Translations under genes and position numbers: made by a program
Notes under the pieces: generated by a model
What the model was told of the DNA's origin: nothing
What the model saw: only the letters and a program-made list of their open reading frames with translations
Database searches by the model: none
Shown here: positions 1 through 12,313 of the stretch, piece by piece
Numbering within the stretch: the stretch's first letter is position 1
Layout of the letters: every line of letters begins with the position of its first letter
Origin: Tubiluchus corallicola
Lineage: Eukaryota; Animalia; Priapulida
DNA length: 64,000 nt
Assembly: GCA_030141605.1 (NCBI GenBank)
Contig: JAQGDQ010000627.1
Span: 60,155 to 124,154, forward strand
Direction of reading: 5' to 3'

Positions 1-95
1 GTGTAAGTGTATTCATATTATTATGTATTTTGTTCACATTAACCTTTGACAGTTCAACAAAACAATTAAACCAATTATGTCAAATGACAACATAC

Positions 96-3000
96 CTTCC
101 ACAATATGGAATGGAGCCATTGATCTCTGAGATATGAATTACTGGCCTGAAAAAAAACAGCAACAGTAACACTCGATTTCGTTATCAAAAAGACTGAAAT
201 ATGACGATAATAAAATTTGAAAATTGCTATTCTCTTAATGGAAAATCTTCTGCCCTGCACAGTGCATCCATTATCAATGCCGAGTGTAATTTCGAAAGAC
301 GCTTTGATAAAAAACAACATTTTTACACCATGAAACAAAAAGTCCTGTCAGTCTCCTTTGCTGTAATAATAATTATGGTTTTCTGGGAACATTTTCTATT
401 TGCAGGTACGTCTAAATTACACTGTACGTTATCAACAAGATACACGTTGTTGCACATTGAAGCAATCTCTTGTTATATAATTAAAAAATTTAAAAGTATG
501 TATTTTAGTTGAGCAAGTGAGTACTGTCCACTAGGATTTAACAGGTTGGATAGTACAAACACACAAGACATAAATATTTTTTACAAAACACTAGCCTAAA
601 GAGGGTCATCAACTTACAATAATTTCTTATTCTATTACAAGTTAAACTGGAAGCCTTGGAATGATTTATACAATGCGTGGCTCTAGATGACATATATAAA
701 TATATATGTATCACGGCAAAGTGTTTGCAATACTTGCAGCCTCAGTTACAAAAAAATGCTTTTGAAATAACACCTAATGTATCCCGCAGACAATGTTGTA
801 CAGGCATGAAAATAATTCCATTCATGAAAAGACTATAAATTTAAGGCGGTAACTATTCATTATTTGGAATGCTCTCATATAAAGACGCTTCCGTTTCACC
901 TGCGTGGCAATCGCATATATACAGTAGTGAATCCAGAATGCATGCATGCATGACAAAGATAAGACTACACGCCATTGTAAAGACATTTACAAAGCCTCTA
1001 CAGCCAACAGACTTTCCACAGATTTACAATTAAGCAACGTTTGCATTCCTTTCAACGCTGTCAAAAGCATAGACGGTTTTTACTTGCTTTAATGAATCTA
1101 TAGAGAGAGGTTTGCGCAGCAGCAGTAGCTGTAGGAAGCCCGCATTATGAAAAATGTCAGAGTTCGGCAGAACATCTCGGCTTTCTTAAGCTGTCAAGAA
1201 CTGAGACGTTCGCTACATTCAAATGTCAACGTATACCCTGGTGATTTTAATGCAATACATCAATACTAACTTATAAAATTATGATAAACAGGTCTTCTTA
1301 AGTGGCCAGGCTTCATTGTACAACTGTACATTGTCTATTAAGATGTTTTATGGACCACTAAACTATCGTAAATGATAAAGTTTGTTATCCAAATTTGAGC
1401 TACTATTTTTACATACAGGTTTTTAAAATCTAGGACATGCACTATTTAATTACTATGTGTACGTGTTCACTTGGTCCTGGCTTATACTTCAAAAGATGCT
1501 GCCGCAAATATCACAAAAAATGGTGTGATTGTGCCAAAGATGGCCGGTAATAAAGTCACGGGAAAAAAGTCAAAATTAATTTTGGCTAGGGTTAGGGTCA
1601 TTTCTTTTCCCCGTGCCTTTTTTCCTGTAACTTTTTTATCTGTGACTGTATTACCTGGATTCATTCCACGTACCACAATGAACATAATAATGGCACTCAT
1701 TTTACTGCCAGGCTTTTAGGGACGAGTCTTACTTAACAAAGACAGGCTACATATAATTACAATTTTACAATTATTTAAGCCCACGAATAGATATAAGAAA
1801 AAAGTGTAAGCATAGATCCAAAAAAATCTCCTAAGAAGAAAATAATGATTCAAGACAAAATAAAGCAACCATGTTTATGCCTTAATGGGTGTTGCCCAAC
1901 TACTGGAAAATGTTGCATATTGCTTTTAAAAAAGAACCTTGAGAGTGCTTAGAACTTGGAATGATCGTGAGTGATCATTGGGCCAAGTAAACCTTTAGTT
2001 TACACACTCAGTGTTATATGAGTAAGCAGTATGCTTGACAAAAAGTAAATGAACCCAAGTCCGCTTTATATTAAGCTTTTAGTTCATGTCAACAAGTGTA
2101 GTGGTTTGAACAGCGTTATGCATTCAAAAGTTAGACTTTAATCTATCATCCAATGACTCTCAAGCAACATTCCAATTGCTTTTTCAAAGTCACGCCAATC
2201 GAGGTTTTCCAATCGAAGATGTAGTTTTTAATTAACATAATGTCACATAATTTGACACAGTTTCCGAGAAGACATCATTACGAGATTGGGAACATATTAT
2301 GAACTCTTCCCTAAGCATTGCTCCTGTTATAATGTCATCCGTTTGAATGCAAGTCGAGTAATTAAGCCATGACGGTGACAGTCATCGGAAACTAGGTAAG
2401 CAATACAACTAACTCGTCTGATTTCAAAGCAAGCAAAATTTGAATACTACCACTAATCAATATCCGCTAATGCAAGGCAGGATTAAGCTGTGGATAGAAT
2501 GACTCAAGTGTCACAGCTTGTTGTTAAAGGCTTACTGAATTAACCTAAATCTGCCAAGGAATAATATACATGCACATATATAGCCATTACCAGATGGCAA
2601 ACGGTCTGCAATAATTATAAACATATATGAGTGAAACAACTTTTTTAATTACTATGAGGTATTTTACTATTCTTCGCCCGGCTTTTGTTTATTATTTCGT
2701 CACATCCATAAATTAATAAATGCATTTTTATCAATTTCCAATTGCTGTAGCTGCCTAAATAATAAAGTTTTGATTGTACAATCAGACTGATAGGTTTCAT
2801 AAGCTTCCTATATAATACTTCTCTCATTCTTCTTTTAAAAACGGGTAGCGCTCATTACAGACCAAGAACATTTGATTGATAATTAGAGACTCCGTCCACA
2901 AATCCCTTCAGTAATCAAAATCTGCACAACAGGTTGGCATATTTTTTATTCCTAGCCCCATTTTTATATGCTAGAATTGTCTGTTGCCCAATGCACCAAT

Positions 3001-6000
3001 CTCGATAGTCTTCAAGATTCCTATCGAGATCCTACAAGGCGTTACAGACACTACAGAATCTTGCATGCACACATGTTGGAACAATCGCTTATTGCTTATT
3101 GCAATGAGTTTCAATGTCTGAGAGGATTTTTTACAGGTCGGTTGAATTTGTTAGAAGTACCGTTAATTTCAGTGGCTTTGTTTTACTTTGCGTACCAAAA
3201 ACCTCTCACATTACTGCTGACATTGTTAGAAGAAATATTTTATTTCATTCAATTTGTTAATTGAAGCAAAGGCCATTCGCACATTTCAAGTTTGCTAATG
3301 TTGAATTTGTTAACTTCCCACAGCTTCAGTCCTCAGTACACTCTTGTACAGTAGGTATCACACTCAGTATACGGAAGGGTTTTTCGATCTGCTGCCTTGC
3401 ATTCCTGCGGGTTTCAGGGACGCAGCGCAGCAGCAGCAGCAGCTACAGCACGTTTTAGTGCACTGAATGTACGGTAAACAAGGTCTTTTACAGCTGAGCT
3501 TACAGCTTCAGCGAAACCACTGAAAGCAGTAATTGATTATATTACCGCTGACAATTGACAGGGCTTCAGCAGAGTGAGAAAAATGCTATGTATGTTCTAT
3601 TATCGCTTCCCTAGTTATTCACGCGCATAAAAATTAGGTAACGCGTTCTAGGCCTCGCCCAATGTGTTGCCGTAGATGCCTTCCGTTGATGAGAAACCAC
3701 CAAAAATATGGCTAAACAGAATACAGGGCTTCAAGAGCACAGATGGTGTAATAACTCCGAGAAATTTACTAAAATAATTATTGTTTGTGACAAGGAAAAT
3801 GGCAGCGACACGTATGGAAAATTACGGATGCGTATCACCTGCTAAAAAAATTAAAAATAAGAGACAGACAACATAAGAGCGGACATTTGCTGGTCAGCCT
3901 CTTACAACAAAAACACTATGGTTATATGGCATACAGTAAACAAGGTTACAGTAAGGGGAGTGTACCTGGCGGGTGGTGCTTTTTAGATTTTACCATGTAC
4001 AACTCAAAATAATGTATTTCCATTCGATTGATACGAGGTTCCCCGTTTTTTCAATATAATTCTTGTGCAGTGTGACAATGACGCGCCGTTGTACCAGTGT
4101 TTGTGTCAATAATATTGACAGTAATATTGCGCAAGATGAAAATGTGACCTTCGATACCGCCTACAGACGCTCAATAATTTGTCAATATTCAGGACGGACA
4201 ATATTAATGTCAACGTTAATATTATTGTTATGCATCTGTACTGTCGAAACTAATTTAAGCTCCTTTTTAGTATCGAAACCTGAAGGAATTATTGTAGAAT
4301 AAAGTTCATTTACTGTGATATGTATATAGTATAATGGCATACGCAGGTGTCAATAACATTTCAACTTCTCTTTCTTCTGTACAAAAAATATGATGAAATA
4401 GTTAGAAATTTGTCATGCCAGTAGGTGCAGAGAAAACCACAGAACTTCTCTCCAGAAGGGCACTGTTTTCCTACTGAAAATTGGTGTTGCATATTTATGA
4501 AATAAAATAAGAATAAAATAAATTTTTGGCAGAAAAATACACAAGTTTTTACAATTTCTTTTGTATTTAGAAATTTATTTTAAATAAACAGACGACGTAC
4601 GGACATACGGAACAGCTACCTGTTGTTATGATAGAGTAAACCAATACATGCTGTGTAGACGTAATGTATCAATCATACGTTGGCAGCAATACAACAATTG
4701 TTGTTACATTATAGATTGTACAGCTGTTAGCATTTAACTACAGTTCTAGCAAGAAAGATATGCGGTAAAGGATTTCGACTATTTCCGTTAAGCAAACCAT
4801 TAAATTCTCTGATTTATTTTACCCAAACTCGTAAACAGGACGCAAAAGTTGACACACACAGATATTTCTCACGCAGAAAAAGTGCAAAATGCGGTTCGGC
4901 TGTTTGCGTGCTGTGTTGACATAACATAGTTCATAGCCGTCACGACTGGGCCCATGAGGCATTCCTCTAAACGAGCCGAAGCTTTATTGGAAGTCCGAAT
5001 CATGTACTCTAGTTTTCATATCAGCCAATAAACACACGCACTGCACGATGAAGCGATCTCAGCTTGTACTTTCATGACATTAACAGCGCGGCTCAAAGTG
5101 AAATGGAATTTAGGGACGAGTGATGTATGTCATGATGTCCGCCGCTGTATTAATATTGTGCGGCATGTGCACACAAAATAAAAAATTTCTCCCCACTCAT
5201 AACTTAACAAAATCTACAGGCTGTAACCAATAACTTATGGTCAGGTATGTACATAATATTGGTTGCTATGGAAACGGAAAGGGCACGACAAGGTACTGTG
5301 TTGCGCCTATAACCAACGCACTTGATCAATTATTATTGCTATTTCTCTCTTTGTGTTCTCTTAAGGAGAAATTCAGCAACGAGATAACTGAAAATGACCA
5401 CGTTAACACATCTAACATGTGCGACAACTCACAATTCACGTATCTCACGAGTCACTAATCAATTAAATACGTCAAAAAGCCCCAAACAAACTAAATTGAC
5501 AGCTGGCATCATTGGCACGTCTAATACAGTAAGCATTGTAATGATAATCGTTTTTTTCCTAATGATTTTATCAATTATAGCAGCACTGAAACAGGTGGGG
5601 CTTGAAAGCAGAGGGCTATTCCACATAAGCCACTTAACTGTGGTACTACTAATACTGTCCAAAATATTAGTCCACTGAAAGAAAGTATTGGTTTGCTTGT
5701 CTGCAGAGAAAAAAGTGACCTTTATACAAATGAAAGCATAAACATTAATAGGTGCCATATGTCGGTATTTGTCCTTGAATTATTACTTGTGTCAAGCTCT
5801 GTTACAGAGAAGTTACTCGGATATTGACTATTGAGTATTGATCACTTGTTTACCTAAACATTCCTTTATTATCAATGTATAGATCACGTTGGTTATTCAG
5901 TAAACAGAATTATCCCCACTTGCCGCGACAGTTCATGACCACATAGCACAACGAGGACTTCGGGAATGTGCCGAGATTGAGGCATTGAAGATAAATATAT

Positions 6001-7247
6001 AGCCTACAATCTGGAGTAGGCTATATGTTTAAACAATAACTTTATAGGATGTAGCCAAATATAATAATTACACAGATAAAAGGGATATTGTCTTAAACTT
6101 AATCTTAGTAGAATCAATCACACTATCACATATGTCAAGAGAACAATGGAACATTTGAAATTTAGAGTTTAAAATGTTGTTTACCTGTAGTAAAAGTGAA
6201 CCATCTGGTATCGTAATCCTAAGGCAAAACTTTTGTCCCGCATCCCAACGGGAGATCACGTGAATTTCCTCAATTGCCGTGTACGCAATAGGCTCTTCCA
6301 TGAAACCCGTGGGCTGAAATCAGCAGAATCGTTAAATAGTTAGGCAGGTGGAGAATTAAAATTATGAATTTGTAACAGCATTCACTTCTGTCTTTAAACA
6401 TTGATCAATAAACACATAACGTAGGTGAACGGTATGTAGTTCTACATGGCATAATAAATAGTGAATTTACTAATTCCATTTCATGTAACAAGCGTTTAAG
6501 TGATTGTACCAAATTAATTATTTAGTTAAGATTAGTTAAAATTATTAAACAGATAAGTTTATTTGCTTGTTTTAGGAAAACGTACAGCCATTCAAGGCAA
6601 CAGGCACAGCAGCACAAATTAGTAAACTATACAAAATATGTGTCAAGAAGATTCAAGATTCAAGGCGTCAGTCAGATATAATATTTACTGACTCAAACTC
6701 CCAAACTGACCAGATCTCGAGTTTGGCTCCAAAACAAAATTTATTAGTCCCAGGCCTGCATTTTCCAGAAATTACAATTAGTCCTATAATTTTCAATAAA
6801 TTATGACTAGGTCTACCATGGTACACACAAAAAATTCGGGTCTATTGGCCTCACCGTTGTGGACTGTATTTCACTTTCAGCCAACACAAGATGATGACTT
6901 TCCCAGCGACGAAGCCACTTGGAACTCATGATTTTGCTTATAACCGTTCGAGTGTGATTTAGTCTACACACTTGTATATCTCCATCATTTATAAGTTTAT
7001 ATCTTGGTCCCGAACAACTGAAAGGCCGAGAAGGAGAATCAGTAGCAGACGTGTCTGGTCTGCTTATACTCGCACCCTCAGTGCCACATGCATCAGATCT
7101 CACAGGTGTAGATGGAGCAGATGTCTCATTTGTTAACAAAGTTATTCCAATGCTCTTTTCACTCAAACCTGCAAGTGAATTGGGCACACTGTTAATGTCA
7201 TTTTTCCGATGCTGCGGTGTGTTAGGACCCGACGAACAGCTTGCCAT
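96..7247 (-). CDS. CMIP: c-Maf-inducing protein (CMIP) homolog, 5' part (PH-like domain); gene continues beyond the left edge
   Basis: Three phase-0 GT-AG exons: 7247-6855 (MASCSSG...GPRYKLINDGDIQVCRLNHTRTVISKIMSSKWLRRWESHHLVLAESEIQSTT), 6313-6185 (PTGFMEEPIAYTAIEEIHVISRWDAGQKFCLRITIPDGSLLLQ) and 146-96 (ASNSYLRDQWLHSILWK). The joined peptide follows the recalled vertebrate CMIP N-terminus (YKLLQEGDIQVC...FLRRWEPHHL...PTGYME...AANSYLRDQWFHSLQWK). An in-frame stop lies upstream of the ATG at 7247. Confidence 0.92.
1544..1658. repeat. Short foldback/MITE-like element with a central TTAGGG-like motif
   Basis: Left end CCGGTAATAAAGTCACGGGAAAAAAGTCA matches the reverse complement of the right end (CCAGGTAATACAGTCACAGATAAAAAAGTTAC). 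The centre reads GGCTAGGGTTAGGGT. Confidence 0.55.
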
Positions 7248-7919
7248 GTCACGCGGCTGAATGGTTTCACCTTCGTTCGCAGAAACAGAACTGCAGTGGC
7301 TGTGACCGGAGTCACTTAAACGCCAACATAGCCAACACTGAGCAGCCAGGACTAAGTGTGCGGAAAACTATTCCTGAAAGCCATTACTATATCTTCCAAA
7401 ATGTTTCCTAAAAAATGAAAATTCTTAATAAAACACAGTGATGTCTTACCAAAAAGCTTTAAATCTGCAGTATTTTATTATGATACATAACAGGATAGTG
7501 TAATATGTTTCTGAACGACATTGTAGTGATTGTACCTGCTCAATATATATATATATATATATATGGTATCACAAGTGTCTATTAATTTCCATCTCTAGTA
7601 TAATGGTACTACAACAAAGTGGAATGAGATTGGCAGCTTTGAACTAATGACGCGACATGCAACTTATCCCAGAGCTGCATTGATTGCAAAAAAAGTCATT
7701 GCTGTTTTTCTGTTAAGTAACCCAGAAATGCCAGAGAACAGTAGTAACAAATAGTACTTCAAAGTTCACAAAATTGTGTAAATGATTTTGAAATAATTAA
7801 TATCATGATCATGCTTTTGAGCTACACTTTTCAGCAATTTTCGGAGCACAACTAAACAACCAAGTATTTACAGTAAAACTATTAAACTTGTGACATGTTT
7901 GAATCAAATCACTTGATCA

Positions 7920-8015
7920 GGTCTCAAGTCAAACCCTAAAGTAAAGGGTTCAACTCTCAAGTCAAGTCCAAGTCTTCCAATTTTGTGACTCGCCAGTCCA
8001 CCACGTGAATCCTAA
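7920..8015. mobile_element. Fragment of a non-autonomous DNA-transposon-like repeat (CAAGTC-rich)
   Basis: Clustered CTCAAGTC/CAAGTCCAAGTC motifs followed by GTGACTCG resemble subterminal repeats of common animal hAT-type MITEs. Recognised by pattern only. Confidence 0.3.
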
Positions 8016-8321
8016 CTCAACAAGCAACGCTTACTTTAAGATTTATGATCATCCAGTCTTAAAATAATTTGCTTTTTATCTTTCCTGATGGCCAAGGCTG
8101 TCCTAAACGCTTCTAGCCGGATCACTTATCAAAGTACAACACTGCCTAAATCGTTTATGCTGCGAAGGAAGCATCACTAAGACCTAAATTACTATAGTAA
8201 TTTTAGTATTAGTAACTACCTAACTTTTCTACATTATAATAATGAAGCTTAATATTTTCAGTCAATTAAAACAACCCAACAAAACGCGTTAATACAAAAA
8301 ACATTTCATAAGACCAGCTCA

Positions 8322-8500
8322 CCAAGCACAAATGAAACGACAATAATGCCTTTTACACGTATCTCCCGATGCACTTCACGGTGAAAAACAACTGGGAGCA
8401 GAAAACAATCGAAACTAAAGACGTTCAGACGATTCGCGGATAGGAGAGAATCTCAGACGATCTGACGGGCTGACATATGACGTAATAGCAGTCTGCGCCA
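8322..8500 (-). promoter_or_regulatory. Probable CMIP promoter and non-coding first exon
   Basis: Local CpG enrichment, a CRE-like TGACGTAA at ~8478, and a minus-strand donor TTG|GTGAGC at ~8322. A matching minus-strand acceptor (TTTTTAG) at ~7408 precedes the CMIP ATG exon. Confidence 0.35.
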
Positions 8501-8769
8501 CCTTTTGTCAAATTTATAAAGAATATCTATTATTTTTATCTGATATACAGAAATCTTTGAATTTACTCCAAGTGTAACCAAAAGCACCTTGGATACCAGT
8601 AATTAATAAAGACATACAACAACTGAGACAAAACTTAACAATAGCATTTTACGTGGACACAATTCTAAATTATATGTACATTATTCTCGCACTAATGTCA
8701 GAGCCCACTCAATTTCGCATATCATTGGGAGAGGCTGTCAGAAACCGTCTTACGGTTAGGTATGTTATA

Positions 8770-8860
8770 GCGTCGCAAGCAAGTTTAACATTACCGGAGC
8801 TGAAAACTTCAGCTACAGACAGGAAGCAGTGGTGTGCTCTAATAAAGGAAAGAGGTTCTT
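8770..8860 (+). mobile_element. RTE-clade LINE extreme 3' remnant
   Basis: Translates as QASLTLPELKTSATDRKQWCALIK, resembling the A-x-DR-x-x-W C-terminal motif of RTE-clade ORFs. Short and degenerate. Confidence 0.35.
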
Positions 8861-9459
8861 GTCTACAATAGATGTTTCGAGCCTGACCCTGAGAAATGTA
8901 TTTTAGTAGACAAAATCTGACAAACCAAAATGCAAAGTGTCATTCTGCCATGACTATACATGAATTATAATTTTTGTAGGATTTTGACGAAAAAAATTGT
9001 TTAATTTTTAAACTTATGATGAACTTTGCTATTGTGTAGTACACTTTAGTGAGGTGCTAACTAAGTAATTAAAAACTTATGATTAAAACTTTGACTCAAG
9101 ACTGTTAAATTGTAATATTTGACAGAAGTCAGCAGATAGTAATGCAAAAATGTGTGAAAGAGCGCTTGAGAGGGGCTGAAAGTAGAGACATTAATATAAT
9201 GTTATCAATTTGTTGTGAATATCAATCGATTGATCATGAATGAGAATACTCTTAGTTCTATGTTAGCATCTGTCGTTAAACAATTAATAACTAGCATATT
9301 TCTGAAAATGTGGTAAATCAAATGGATAACTGATATTTACAATGAAAAAATGCACAGAAGCATTTATTTTCAAATTTTTTGATCAGTTTTGGTTTAAAAT
9401 GTCAGGATCAGTTATGGGTATGGTAATTAATAGCAATAATTATAAAAAATTTCTATTAA

Positions 9460-10074
9460 AGGAAAACCAGGCCCCACCTCAAACTGTAGCTCAAAGCAAT
9501 CTACCCGAAGGGAACATATTAGTTTTTTCAATAATGACTTGTGCGAAAAGTTATTACAACATAATGGTAATTTTGTGCTCGTGTAGCTAGTTCCTCACTG
9601 TTAAACGTTTTTTATATTTCGCTAGCTTTCACGGGTGTTCAGTTGTGACGTACATATAGTACAGAAGTTTGAGAGCTCATTCGTGAGCACAGTGGTAAAC
9701 TTGAAAACTGAATTTCAAACTTAAAATTTGCCGAGTTTTTGCATATCACGCTGAATGTTGTACAGTACCACTGTAATTAGATTTTCGTTTTCGCAAACAC
9801 ATGCAACACATCCGTGAAATGATTGTGCTTTTGACATTTACGTACAGTTGTGATGTCATATCACTAATTGGGCATGCATGCCATTAATTAAGTTTTTGAT
9901 CTATTATTTTCTACCAGAAATCATATCACTATTTTGGCATGCATGCCATTAGGTAAGTTTTTGATCTATTATTTTTTACCAAAAACACTTTGGCATTATT
10001 ATAGGTCTTAAAATGTACACTTTTACTGCATTTCAAAATGGGATAGTATATGAAAAATCATATCATGTTTTCCC
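9460..10074 (+). mobile_element. Non-autonomous Kolobok-like DNA transposon, copy 1
   Basis: TTAA|AGGAAAAC...GTTTTCCC|TTAA. Shares terminal and internal sequence (ACTGTAGSTCAAARCAATCTAC; AAAATGGG...GTATATGAAAAATCAT) with copies at 36753, 38469 and 63578. Contains an internal ~62-bp tandem duplication (~9857-9985). Confidence 0.7.
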
Positions 10075-11160
10075 TTAACAATGCGTTTAGTTAGTCTATA
10101 AGAATTATTGATATTGTAGTTCACAGAAAATCGTTCTTAAATGTTAGGCTCATTCCTATGGGGGGGGCAGGTGGTCGGTCATGTCACATATTGTTGTCAC
10201 ATGTTGTTGCCGCTGTCGTGCTGTTCTTTTTGATCATTTATTTAGTGTTTTCTAGTGGCATGGAAATGAGATGTCATGAAATAGGATGTTAATCCAACTT
10301 GTTTCCATTACTATAACATTTGTCTTGTATAACTTAAAGGAGTTTCCAGTGGTTTATAAAATCATGCACACGTGGTGACTAGATGGCATTTTGTTCATTT
10401 TCTGTCCTGCTCCTTATTCGTATTATTTAATTACATTGTCTTATAGTATCAATATTTTTGTTGAAAGTAATTCTAGATAGTGTGTAATGTGTATACCTAT
10501 ATGAATTTTCTTGATTTACTACATTATTTTGCTGAGACATAATTATATCTGGTGTGACTTTGCCCTACATTTTTGCAGAAAATAAGAACACGTCTCCGTT
10601 TCTAATGTTTTTCTGGAACTAGCACCCTACCCTACATACAAATTATTATGTACTTACAAACCCTTAGCGTCCAGCCAGTCTGCAAGCCACATGACAGTGC
10701 ACACCAAACTACGAGTTTGTGATCGCCGAAGAAGAAAAATGAGGTTCGAGAAAGTTTAAAGATTTCTGCTTTTATAATCTTGTTGTGCTGACAAGCCAGT
10801 ATGTTTTTTTTGCTAGATTACCGCTGTTTACTTGTGTTGAGGGCAGACTTTTTCATTTTAGAATTCTACAGGCCCAAAGACTACAATAGGAGTAATGGGC
10901 ACATAATAATGATGATGTAAACGAATGCAAAATTGATGAGTTTTTTTTATTAAACTAACAACGGTGATGAAGCCTAGGCTATAACATTAACAAGAATGCA
11001 AAGCATTGCTTAACAGTCGCGTTTACTTGATCAGACGGAAACGAACGTTTTTAACTCAGTATGACTTGCTTCCTCACCATACCATGACAAGTGCCGCTAG
11101 GCGGCACTTCCACTTGAGAGACCACTTTATAGAGATAACATTAATTATATGTAAAACCCG

Positions 11161-11220
11161 AGAGAGAAAACGTGTGATAAAACAATTAACAAGAGAAAAC
11201 GTGTGATAAAACAATTAACA
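11161..11220. repeat. 30-bp tandem duplication
   Basis: AGAGAAAACGTGTGATAAAACAATTAAC present twice in tandem. Confidence 0.8.
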
Positions 11221-12313
11221 GAGGTTTAACAAGAGAGACAACTATAGTCTTATAGTCTCCGCCCTGTCAATCTATGGTAATGATCATTGGCCATGTTTAG
11301 CTTTAGTTCAAGCATGCTGTTAAGTAGGTAACTAAGATATCAACAGAGGAAAGTGTTGGCTGCACCGGCTTTCTCAAAGTATGAATATTAACATCAAATG
11401 TAAGCTCAGGTCCAAAGGATTTTCAACATTTCATCTTCAAACCTTTTGCTTAATTAATAGGACATAAGAACTTTATTTCACACGTAATCATAATCACTGT
11501 TACAGACTCTGAAAGTAAATTGTCAATTAGAGATTGATGCTTTTCAAAGATGCTTATAATACAGACTACATGCTCATTACTGCAGATCAAATAAAAAATA
11601 ACCAAGGATTTGTATGATATTATGTGGGAGATTGCATGACAATTGACATCCACCATATATGTGTAACAATATAATATACTCTTGTTTTGCTAACTATTAT
11701 TTGCCATTGTAGTAATGTGTTTTGCACAGTGTAACTAATCTTTGGATCTAGTTCATTTTCGAATACCAAAAGAAAGATTCAGCAAAGAAGTTAAATTATG
11801 AAATAAAGGATCCATAGCTTTTGGTTGTATCCCACTCAGAATCTGTTCTGCACCATTAACAACAGGCCACGTACTCGTATATCAAGATAAAAGTAAAAAT
11901 CACATAATTAGCTCACTTTTAAGCAAACCAGCTGCATCATACAGCTCTACTGCTGGTCTGCCCACAAATCATGGAGTTAAGGAAAAATACCTCAACTTTC
12001 ACAACATATTAATCTGTGCAAGTGAGGCTTGTCATTACCTTGATTTAATTTAATTTATGGTTAATTTATCTGGAAAACTAACATATCGCAGACTGGTAAT
12101 ATCATTTTTATGAAAAGAAGTCACTTTATAATAAAGACTAAGAAGTGTTTTAAAAACTCTGTTGTTTGTTTTCAAAGAGTTTTCGTTGAAATTTTTATCA
12201 GCTGCTCTCAAGTGAAGTATTCATTGGTGATAGTGTTCATTTAACTGTCTCATAATACCCTCATTTATTGCAGAACGTAATGCAAGTCTGTAAATATTTA
12301 TTGGTCAGTTGAA

